Source: Fastidiosibacter lacustris (GTDB lineage Bacteria; Pseudomonadota; Gammaproteobacteria; Francisellales; Francisellaceae). From it: DNA of 32,000 nt. Made by a program: the position numbers and the translations under genes. The notes under the pieces are model-generated. The model was given only the letters and a program-made list of their open reading frames with translations. It made no database searches and was not told where the DNA came from. Positions 21,235 through 29,540 of this stretch are shown in pieces. The stretch spans positions 90,001-122,000 of the forward strand of contig NZ_QLIR01000001.1 of NCBI RefSeq assembly GCF_003428155.1, given 5' to 3'. Each line of letters starts with the position of its first letter. Position 1 is the stretch's first letter.

Positions 21235-22685
21235 CAGCATTGCCCAAAGATTACATCTAACTCACGCACGGCTTTCACATCATCTACTCGTTTTACAGAT
21301 TGAGCGATGGGCGCTTGTTTTACCTTTTCTGGATATGATGCTGCAAGTTTACGAATTTCAATCATTGCATCAACAAAAGTATCCATTTGCTCGCGTGTTT
21401 CAGTTTCAGTTGGTTCAATCAGTAAACATTCTGGGACAAGTAATGGGAAATAGATTGTTGGTGCGTGCATATCATAATCCAATAGCTGCTTGGCAAAATC
21501 ATTTGCAGTAACGCCGTATGCCTTTTTCTCAGCTGCAAGTGAAACGATAAACTCGTGTGAAGCACGTCGATCTGGTAATGCAATGATAAAGCCTGCTTTT
21601 TTCAACCTTGCCATCATATAGTTTGCATTTAGGGTCGCGATTTCTGATGCTTTTGTCAAACCATTACCGCCTAGAGTTTTCAGATAAACATAAGCTCGAA
21701 TCAATACCCCCACATTTCCCATAAAAGCGTGTATAGCACCAATGGTTGCTGGAATAGCACCTTTTGATCTAATATGATAGACACCTTTCTCTTTTGTAAT
21801 TGTAGGTACGGGTAAAAATGGCTTTAAGCGCTTATTCACTGCAATGGGACCGCCGCCTGGACCCCCACCACCATGTGGTGTAGCAAAAGTTTTATGTACG
21901 TTCATATGCATAACATCAAACCCCATTTTACCAGGTTTTGCTTTGCCCATAATCGCATTTAAGTTGGCTCCATCATAATAGAGTAAACCACCTGCTGTAT
22001 GCACTAATTTTGCTACTTCTTCAATATCACGCTCAAACACCCCCATTGTCGATGGGTTTGTAAGCATAATGCCCGCAGTGTTTGGTCCTAATACTTTCTT
22101 TAGCGTTTCAATATCGATATCCCCCGTTTTAAGGGAAGTTGGGATTTCAATGACTTTACATCCTGCCATTACAGCTGTTGCAGGGTTTGTGCCATGTGCT
22201 GCATCTGGCACAATAATCTCATTTCTATGTGGTTCATTGTTAGCAATGTGATAGGCACGAATCATCTGTACTCCTGCAAATTCTCCTTGGGCTCCAGCAC
22301 AAGGTACAAGAGATACTGCATCCATTCCAGTAACTTCAATCAAGATTTCTTGAAGCTCATACAGCATTTCCAATAAACCTTGCTGTGTATACTCATCTTG
22401 AAAGGGATGAATATTGAGTACAGATGGATTGAACGCACATTTTAAAGCTATGCGTGGATTGTATTTCATTGTACAAGAACCAAGTGGATAAAATTGAGTA
22501 TCAATTGAGAAGTTCTTTTGTGATAACTTGGTAAAGTGACGTAATACTTCAAGTTCGCCTAGCTCCGGCAACAAGGGTTTGTCTTCACGCAAGTATTGAG
22601 TATCGAAATGGGTTTCACCATTAAGTTTCCATCTTTGTGAATTTGCTCTACGTCCTGCTACTGATTTTTCAAAAATAACTGTCAT
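21231..22685 (-). CDS. gcvPB: Glycine dehydrogenase (decarboxylating) subunit 2 (P-protein beta half); track start 22703, likely start 22685
   Basis: [65 protein letters not shown] (PLP lysine). Confidence 0.96.
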   Translation of the reverse strand: MTVIFEKSVAGRRANSQRWKLNGETHFDTQYLREDKPLLPELGELEVLRHFTKLSQKNFSIDTQFYPLGSCTMKYNPRIALKCAFNPSVLNIHPFQDEYTQQGLLEMLYELQEILIEVTGMDAVSLVPCAGAQGEFAGVQMIRAYHIANNEPHRNEIIVPDAAHGTNPATAVMAGCKVIEIPTSLKTGDIDIETLKKVLGPNTAGIMLTNPSTMGVFERDIEEVAKLVHTAGGLLYYDGANLNAIMGKAKPGKMGFDVMHMNVHKTFATPHGGGGPGGGPIAVNKRLKPFLPVPTITKEKGVYHIRSKGAIPATIGAIHAFMGNVGVLIRAYVYLKTLGGNGLTKASEIATLNANYMMARLKKAGFIIALPDRRASHEFIVSLAAEKKAYGVTANDFAKQLLDYDMHAPTIYFPLLVPECLLIEPTETETREQMDTFVDAMIEIRKLAASYPEKVKQAPIAQSVKRVDDVKAVRELDVIFGQCC

Positions 22686-22686
22686 C

Positions 22687-24063
22687 TTATGCTCCAACAG
22701 CAAGCTGAGTTAATACGGTTTCCAACACTTCAACATATTTATCTAAATCTGATTCATTATGAATTTCAGTGGCACAAACAAGTAGGCTATTTTGTTGTGA
22801 TGGGTCCAATAAAGATAAATCATAACCAAGCTGAACGTTGTGTTGAGTTGCTAAGCTTTTTGCTTCTTTTGCACTAACTGGTAAATCAACAACTATCTCG
22901 TATACATAGTTATGTAAAAAACGTACGTTAACCCCTACAATTTGGCTTAACTTTTTAGCAAGTTTTGTGACATTTTGATGTGATTCCAAGGCTATTTCTT
23001 TTATGCCTTTAGCGCCCATTAAAGACATATAAACCGTTGCTGCTGTCACAAGTAACCCTTGGTTTGAGCAGATGTTAGATGTTGCTTTTGCTCTACGAAT
23101 ATGTTGCTCACGCGCTTGAAGAGTTAAACAAAATGCTTCTTTGCCATCTTTATCAACCGTTCTACCAACAATACGCCCAGGCATTTGACGTGAAAGTTTT
23201 TCTTTAGTTGTAATAAATCCAAAGTATGGTCCACCACAGCTAAGCGGAAGGCCCAATGTTTGACCATCTCCACAAGCGATATCCGCACCACTTTCGCCCC
23301 AGTTACCTGGAGCTTTTAATATACCTAATACCGTTGGATTAACAACTGCTACAACCATTGCATTTTTAGCATGTGCCCAGTTTGTTAATGCTTCAAACTC
23401 AGTAATCTGACCATAAAAATTTACTTGAGATACAATAACCGCAGCATATTGACCAACTTCACACTCAGGCAAGCGTTTTATATTTGTACGCCCTTCTTGT
23501 GGCTGAGGGTATACAAACTCGACTTCAATACCTTGAGCGTGTGTCATCGTTTTTACTACATCAATGTAATGAGGGAAAATAATATCCGCAACCAACACTT
23601 TCTTACTTTTTGTTAATTTATTGGCACGCACAGCCATTAAAGCACTTTCAGCAAGTGCCGTTGCACCATCGTACATAGACGCATTTGACACATCCATTGA
23701 AGTAAGCGATGCGATCATCGTTTGGTATTCATAAATCACTTGTAATGTACCCTGAGAGGCTTCAGCCTGATATGGAGTATAGGATGTATAAAACTCTCCA
23801 CGACTGATAATATCTGTGACGATAGCAGGGGTATAATGTTGATAGGCCCCAGCACCAATAAAGTTCGTTTGTGGAATGTTTTTAGCACACTTATCGCTAA
23901 ATAAACGGTACATTTGGCATTCGTTTAAACCATCGGTTAAAGCTAGATGGCTTTTACTTTTTATCGATTGAGGTATCTCATCAAATAATGCTTCAATAGT
24001 ATTGACACCAATCTCATCTAACATGAGCTTAATATCTTTGTCGGTATGTGGAACAAATGGCAT
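22687..24063 (-). CDS. gcvPA: Glycine dehydrogenase (decarboxylating) subunit 1 (P-protein alpha half)
   Basis: [83 protein letters not shown]. Confidence 0.96.
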   Translation of the reverse strand: MPFVPHTDKDIKLMLDEIGVNTIEALFDEIPQSIKSKSHLALTDGLNECQMYRLFSDKCAKNIPQTNFIGAGAYQHYTPAIVTDIISRGEFYTSYTPYQAEASQGTLQVIYEYQTMIASLTSMDVSNASMYDGATALAESALMAVRANKLTKSKKVLVADIIFPHYIDVVKTMTHAQGIEVEFVYPQPQEGRTNIKRLPECEVGQYAAVIVSQVNFYGQITEFEALTNWAHAKNAMVVAVVNPTVLGILKAPGNWGESGADIACGDGQTLGLPLSCGGPYFGFITTKEKLSRQMPGRIVGRTVDKDGKEAFCLTLQAREQHIRRAKATSNICSNQGLLVTAATVYMSLMGAKGIKEIALESHQNVTKLAKKLSQIVGVNVRFLHNYVYEIVVDLPVSAKEAKSLATQHNVQLGYDLSLLDPSQQNSLLVCATEIHNESDLDKYVEVLETVLTQLAVGA

Positions 24064-24102
24064 AAACGCTCCTCACGTAGTATTTGACTTTTTATTACAA
24101 AT

Positions 24103-24136
24103 AAAAGCGCCCAACACATAAGCATTGAGCGCTTTT
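24103..24136 (-). terminator. Putative intrinsic terminator between gcvH and gcvPA (minus strand)
   Basis: Arms AAAAGCGCTCAA / TTGGGCGCTTTT on minus strand (11 Watson-Crick + 1 G-U pair), followed by ATTTG and further T-rich sequence. Confidence 0.6.
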
Positions 24137-24149
24137 CATTTAATTTGCA

Positions 24150-24533
24150 TCAAGCATCAAACTCTTCAGCATACTCTTCGGCTGAAAGTAAATCATCAAT
24201 CTCAGATAGATCATCCATCTTGATCTTAAACAACCAACCATCATCATAGCAAGATTCATTAACGATCGATGGTTTATCTAAAAGTGCTTCGTTTACTTCA
24301 ATGATTACCCCCGAAACAGGTGCATAAACATCGGATGCGGCTTTTACTGACTCAACTACACACACATCATCACCTGCCCTTACTTCTTCATCAACTTCAG
24401 GTAACTCAATAAATACTAACTCGCCTGAGCTTGACTGTGCGAAATCATCAATACCACACACCGCAATATCACCTTCCAACCTCACCCATTCATGTGATTT
24501 CGTGTAATGACACTCTTGTCTTATCTCTGCCAT
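24150..24533 (-). CDS. gcvH: Glycine cleavage system H protein
   Basis: YTKSHEWVRLEGDIAVCGIDDFAQ, ELVFIELPEVDEEV, VVESVKAASDVYAPVSG (lipoyl lysine). Confidence 0.97.
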   Translation of the reverse strand: MAEIRQECHYTKSHEWVRLEGDIAVCGIDDFAQSSSGELVFIELPEVDEEVRAGDDVCVVESVKAASDVYAPVSGVIIEVNEALLDKPSIVNESCYDDGWLFKIKMDDLSEIDDLLSAEEYAEEFDA

Positions 24534-24557
24534 AATTGACTCCTAAGTTTATTGATG

Positions 24558-25664
24558 CTAATGAGTTACCAGATTTTTCTGGCATTCTTTATATACTTTT
24601 TCACCTTTGCGTACAAATGGAAATTGCACGATTTTGGCAGGAATTTTTTTATTTCGAATTTCTACAAATACTTCTTCCGCATCAGCTGGAATGCGAGCCA
24701 AAGCAATACTTTCTCCTAAGGTTGGTGAGAAAGTCCCACTTGTAATAATACCTGTTTTATCACTATTTGCTATTAACACCTTTTGGTCATGTCTCAAAAC
24801 ACCACGATCCAAAAGCACTAACCCAACAAGCTTTTCATTAATCTTATCTTTTTTAGACAACAATGCCTTTTTACCAATAAAATCACGTTCACCTGAGAGT
24901 GACACTGTCCACATTAAAGCCGATTCAACAGGTGTTGTCGACTCATCCATATCCTGTGAATATAAATTCATCCCTGCTTCTAGGCGAAGCGTGTCACGTG
25001 CAGCTAGACCACAAGGTTGAACGCCTTGTTGTTTTAACGCATCCCAAAACGCTAAGGCTTCAGTATGCGGCATTGAAATCTCATAACCATCTTCACCTGT
25101 GTAGCCAGTACGTGCAATCATCCACTCACCCTTTTTATACATCGCAAAGGGTTTTAAATTTTTTACTTCTTCAGTTGCTAGATCTTTAAGTATTTGATTT
25201 GTTTTTTCACGCGATTGAGGTCCCTGAATTGCAATAATAGCCAAATCATCTCGTAATTTAATCTCAATAGCAAAGCTTATCCCATGCTTTTTTATCCACT
25301 TGACATCGGAGGTTCTGTTACCTGCATTAATCACTAAACGAATAAAATCATCTTCAAAATAGTAGGCAATTAAATCATCCACAATACCTGCTTCTTGGTT
25401 CAACATACAAGAATACATCGCCTTACCTTTAGCAAGTTTGTTAATATCATTTGCTAATAAGTATTGTATAAATGCTTTTGCATCACGACCAATAATATCC
25501 ACCGTTAACATATGACTAACGTCAAACATGCCTGCATCTTTTCTAACGGCATGATGTTCTTCTATTACACCTACATACTGAATGGGCATGTCCCACCCAG
25601 CAAAATCAACCATTCTTGCATGCTCTCGTAGATGTTTTTCATATAAAGGTGTTTTGAATCCCAT
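24558..25664 (-). CDS. gcvT: Glycine cleavage system aminomethyltransferase (T protein)
   Basis: TPLYEKHLREHARMVDFAGWDMPIQY, GMFDVSHM, ARTGYTGEDGYEI, GLAARDTLRLEAGMNLYSQDMDE. Confidence 0.97.
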   Translation of the reverse strand: MGFKTPLYEKHLREHARMVDFAGWDMPIQYVGVIEEHHAVRKDAGMFDVSHMLTVDIIGRDAKAFIQYLLANDINKLAKGKAMYSCMLNQEAGIVDDLIAYYFEDDFIRLVINAGNRTSDVKWIKKHGISFAIEIKLRDDLAIIAIQGPQSREKTNQILKDLATEEVKNLKPFAMYKKGEWMIARTGYTGEDGYEISMPHTEALAFWDALKQQGVQPCGLAARDTLRLEAGMNLYSQDMDESTTPVESALMWTVSLSGERDFIGKKALLSKKDKINEKLVGLVLLDRGVLRHDQKVLIANSDKTGIITSGTFSPTLGESIALARIPADAEEVFVEIRNKKIPAKIVQFPFVRKGEKVYKECQKNLVTH

Positions 25665-25836
25665 AATAAAAGCTCTTAAGCACTCATCCTTATTTAGTGT
25701 GCGCTCATTATAGCTAAAACAAAATATTGAATAAATCTCAAATCGGCAGAAAATTACAAAACAACAGAAATGTGAGTTAATGCACGATACCGTTATCGGG
25801 ATTTACATTAACCGTATTGAATGGGGGACGGAGTAT

Positions 25837-25908
25837 ATGAATGACAAAGTAAAACACTACCTCAATTTGCCAGAAAATATATACCCACCTATTTATGACA
25901 TTCAATAG
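25837..25908 (+). CDS. Candidate 23-aa small ORF MNDKVKHYLNLPENIYPPIYDIQ
   Basis: ATG preceded by GGGGGACGGAGTAT; ends TAG 3 nt before the convergent EamA stop. Homology unknown. Confidence 0.2.
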   Translation: MNDKVKHYLNLPENIYPPIYDIQ

Positions 25909-25911
25909 CCA

Positions 25912-26784
25912 TTATGCACGTGCGGCTTGTGATTGCTTTAGGCAAATAGCAAGCATTGTGGCGGCAACAAAGAATACCGCTAATAGTGACAATCCATGGA
26001 TTGAGGTATTTGACATAAAAAGTGTTTCAGTTACTAGACAAATGCAAGGAGCAAGCGGCATATAAGCAAGCGCAGCATAAACACTGATATACTTTAAACC
26101 AACTTGAAATAGGTAAAGTGGCAAACAAATGGTTAATAATGAGATCAGTATAAAAGTGCTATAAAATGAGGGAGATTCAAATTTTATACCACCTGAATAA
26201 AAGGCGATGATTCCTGTAATCAGAACGAGTAAGAGAAAGCGCAGCGCTAAGATTTCAAAGGTGCTAAATTCATTGACTAATGTCTTTGAATAACGCGAGT
26301 AAATTGCACCAGTAACACCACCAATGGCAGCAAAAACAGCCATGAGCCATTGCCGAAGATCAGCGTGTTGATCGGTCATCGCAAGAATGCATCCAGTAAT
26401 TACAATTGCCATACATGCAATATCAAATCGATTTAGTTTTTTACCGATAAATAATCCAGCTATCATCATGCTCGAAAGGTAAAGCAGTAAAAAAAGCGAT
26501 GTCGGTAAATATAAGAGTGCAATAGTTGTGGCGCTCCAACAGACAAGAGAGGTCCAGTTTAGATTGAAGATTGTCGGGAATGCCTTTTTCAAATGGTGGC
26601 GTTTCTTGGTCAAGCCATGCAGTGAAAATGCTAGAAAGAATAAAATAAAAAAGACAAAGGTATAAAATGCCAGCACCATGGGTGGTGTGGACTGCACTTT
26701 GACATGTATAAGCATCATTCCTGCACTCGTGGATATACCAAACAGTATCATTGCCAAATGCGAAATATAGGCTTTAGTTTGCAT
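25912..26784 (-). CDS. EamA/DMT-superfamily transporter (10 TM-like)
   Basis: Two EamA-like repeats (LYLPTSLFLLLYLSSMMIAGLFIGKKLNRFDIACMAIVITG; YISVYAALAYMPLAPCICLVTETLFMSNTSIHGLSLLAVFFVAATM); start preceded by GGAGGTGATCC. Confidence 0.88.
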   Translation of the reverse strand: MQTKAYISHLAMILFGISTSAGMMLIHVKVQSTPPMVLAFYTFVFFILFFLAFSLHGLTKKRHHLKKAFPTIFNLNWTSLVCWSATTIALLYLPTSLFLLLYLSSMMIAGLFIGKKLNRFDIACMAIVITGCILAMTDQHADLRQWLMAVFAAIGGVTGAIYSRYSKTLVNEFSTFEILALRFLLLVLITGIIAFYSGGIKFESPSFYSTFILISLLTICLPLYLFQVGLKYISVYAALAYMPLAPCICLVTETLFMSNTSIHGLSLLAVFFVAATMLAICLKQSQAARA

Positions 26785-28041
26785 GGATCACCTCCATCGC
26801 CTGGAATTGTGCAATATAGTCAAAATCTTCTACCAAAGTTTTGTAAGAGTCTGCGAACACTCTAAGTACTGCGGCTTTATCAACAATATTTGTGGCATTG
26901 TTACAAATGACCTGCCCTTTTGTAACGCTCCATTGAATTAAATACTCACTTTTGATTTGTGGTGTGTTTAGGTCAACGATTTTTCCTGTAAGCAATGGGA
27001 AAAACGCCCAAAATGCTGGTCTAATAGCATAAGATGGCAACGGAATATCAATGCCAGATTGAAGCTTGAAATCCCAATCCATAAGATTAACACCAAAGTT
27101 ATACTGGTGCATTTCGTTTAAAATGGCGCCAGGCGGTCTTGCCGCAATTTCCAAAACACCAACTCTCCATTTTGCTCAAACACCTCCATGTGGTTTACAC
27201 AGTGCCTGATATTTAGCGCCTCTAAAGTCTTTTGTGCAAATTCGTGCAATCTGTTTTTTAAATACTGATCACGAATAACAGGTTTGCTTGCGAGCACTTT
27301 CCCCTGTGTCAATTCATGGTTTGGACATGAATATACTGATGCCTCAAGAAAAACTGTTTCGCCATTTTCGGTAACAGAGTCTATGTGATAGAGTTTGCCT
27401 TGAATATATTCCTCTATTTCATAGGTGCTAGCTTGCCACTCATTTTTACGGTGAAACGCTGCAAATTCATCAAGGGTTTGAATATGGTAAACTCCCTGAC
27501 TACCGCAACTGTCGATTGGTTTGACGATGATGTTGGAGCTGATTTGATGACAGATAACTTCATATGCTTCCTTTGATGTTAGATCTCGTATTTGATTGAA
27601 GTGCATACATTTAGGTACGCGAATACCTTTACTGTGTAGAAGATCTTTCATCATAAGTTTATCGCGACACTTAACCAGGTCATCATATTTGGCACCCCAT
27701 AAGTCAAATTCATCACGTAATTTGCCAATCGCTAATAAATTGAACTCATCTGTGCAAATTAAGACAATTTCATTTTGTGCAAACTGCTGCATCTCATTCA
27801 AGATAATACGTTTTAGTTCATCATAATTAAATTCGTATAAGAAGTCGTATTTCAGTTGTGTTGATGTGTTGTAAATGTGATCCAACTGCTGTTCAAACTC
27901 ATGGGGAATATTTTCTTTGAAGTAGTCGTCCAGAACTGCCACTATTCGATGGTCACCAAGCTGCTTTACTCGGGATAAAAGATCAGCAGAATAGAAACTA
28001 CCAAATCTAAAGTTTATGAAAATTATTGTCTTCTGACTCAT
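26774..28041 (-). pseudogene. ATP-grasp domain protein (amino-acid/dipeptide ligase-like) split by an apparent -1 frameshift; track ORFs 27118..28059 and 26774..27154 are its two parts
   Basis: N-part contains IIVKPIDSCGSQGVYHI and EEYIQGKLYHIDSV then loses frame at ...NGELVFWKLRQDRLAPF*; the adjacent frame continues exactly with LEIAARPPGAILNEMHQYNFG. One extra T in the minus-strand TTTT (27156-27153) restores the ELVFLEIAARPPGA ORF. ATG 28041 has upstream GAGAGGTAG. Confidence 0.85.
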
Positions 28042-28287
28042 AAGTAAGCTACCTCTCAAAATTAAACTTTATGCCAACATGTATTTTTTCTGAGTACCTG
28101 AAAAGCTATTTTCCATGATAGCCGCGTATGCTCCTTAATTTATCGCCATTATTTGAGTAACTTAAATACAAACGTGGAAGCCCCACTTTTTATGTGCAAT
28201 TTGTAGTAAAAAGCTCACTTTTTGGTTTCGAGTTAGTGTAGACTGACCGGAAATTAAGTTCTATCCGCATAAAATACGTAGATTCAG

Positions 28288-29031
28288 ATGGAAGCACAAA
28301 ATATTAAAAATATTGATCTTAATTGCCATATTTTTACTCAGTTGAAAGATCAGATGCAAACGCTAATGCAACCGCTTAGCGACAAGCTTGGTTTAACCAC
28401 ATTAGTCTACCAGCGGAAATATGACAATGGAGAGGAAATAAGAGTCTCTAATCGTCCTGATTGGCTGGCTTACTACTACCAGCATGAACTTTACCTTGGC
28501 AGCCAATTTGAAATAGAGAAGAAATCCCATCCAGAGTTCGTGCTATGGCAGAGTATTGCAAAGTCACACAAAGCAGTATCGCACGCAGTTAAGTTTAATA
28601 TTGACCATGGTTTAACATATATCAATCCGCGACAAGGTTATAGGGAGTTGTTTTTTATGGGTGCTCCAAGCGATAACTCCTTGGTGATTAATCGAGTGAT
28701 TAATAATTTAAGTTTTGTGGCCAATTTTTCACAGCAATTTACATGCAAGGCCGAACATATGATCGCACAAGCTGAATCGCAAAAAGTCATTCTACCTCAG
28801 CAGGATGCGGTTCAGCGAGCGACGTTCAGACTCGACATTTTGTCGGCACGCGAGTTAATTGTTGCCAAAAAGCTGCTACTAGGCGGAAGTGCCAAGTGCA
28901 TAGCCTTGCAGATTGGTGGTTCATATCGCACTGTTGAAACCCATATTCAGAATATGAAAAGAAAACTCAATTGCCAAAGCAAGACTGCGTTAATTGCAGA
29001 ATTGTGGTTTTTAGGCTTAAAACCTGACTAG
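28288..29031 (+). CDS. LuxR-family transcriptional regulator with C-terminal LuxR HTH and autoinducer-domain-like N terminus
   Basis: C-terminus LSARELIVAKKLLLGGSAKCIALQIGGSYRTVETHIQNMKRKLNCQSKTALI matches LuxR HTH; N-terminal region of about 170 aa with ..AVKFNIDHGLTYINPRQGYRELF... Confidence 0.85.
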   Translation: MEAQNIKNIDLNCHIFTQLKDQMQTLMQPLSDKLGLTTLVYQRKYDNGEEIRVSNRPDWLAYYYQHELYLGSQFEIEKKSHPEFVLWQSIAKSHKAVSHAVKFNIDHGLTYINPRQGYRELFFMGAPSDNSLVINRVINNLSFVANFSQQFTCKAEHMIAQAESQKVILPQQDAVQRATFRLDILSARELIVAKKLLLGGSAKCIALQIGGSYRTVETHIQNMKRKLNCQSKTALIAELWFLGLKPD

Positions 29032-29192
29032 ACCACAAATGCAGCTTTGCATTGACCATAGCTAATCCATTTTTGCTGCTATGTGAAGAGTCAAGGACTT
29101 GGCTAAAAAATTGCTTTATGGAACCTAGACTGATCAATTGTTCTATGTGAAAATGCCGCTGTCTACAGCAGTAGTTGAACAGGAGTTTTAAA

Positions 29193-29486
29193 ATGCCTAA
29201 TCAATATAGCGATAATTTTGAGTTAAATGTATTGAAAAAATATGGTAAGTCAGCCGAACAAGTGTTGAGTGACTTACATGATCAAGGGGTTTCGTATGTG
29301 AAAGCTTCTGAGATGATGGGTTATCAAGTTTGGACGGTTAAACGTTGGTGTCGACGCTATGGTATTAGCCTTGCTCAAAAAGAACTGATAGAGAGTAACA
29401 GTAACCGAGAGTTTATGAACAAGTTTCATGAGCAAGCACTCAATAAATACAATATATTAAGCCGAAAATGGGTGGCGTTGCATTAG
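29193..29486 (+). CDS. Small HTH-like (putative DNA-binding) protein; likely start 29193 (track 29175)
   Basis: AGGAG upstream of ATG 29193; VSYVKASEMMGYQVWTVKRWCRRYGISLAQK resembles a helix-turn-helix. Confidence 0.6.
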   Translation: MPNQYSDNFELNVLKKYGKSAEQVLSDLHDQGVSYVKASEMMGYQVWTVKRWCRRYGISLAQKELIESNSNREFMNKFHEQALNKYNILSRKWVALH

Positions 29487-29540
29487 AGGAAGATAGATTT
29501 ACACTATGTATTTAGATTGACAATAGAACTGCTATGGTTT

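Noticed and set aside
22069-22376. Plus-strand ORFs inside gcvPB and similar ones at 22689-22877 and 23425-23616
   Set aside because: Antisense to conserved gcvPB/gcvPA coding sequence with no independent support.
24536-25189. Plus-strand ORFs of 69, 137 and 96 aa within gcvT
   Set aside because: Antisense to gcvT; no family motifs and no promoter/SD support.
25665-25800. Possible glycine riboswitch upstream of gcvT
   Set aside because: A TATAAT-like -10 sits only about 45 nt before the gcvT ATG and the leader is too short for a glycine aptamer; no conserved aptamer core was recognised.
27385-27826. Plus-strand ORFs 27385-27576 and 27596-27826 inside the ATP-grasp gene
   Set aside because: Antisense to the (frameshifted) ligase; considered as possible antitoxin-like small genes but no SD or motif supports them.
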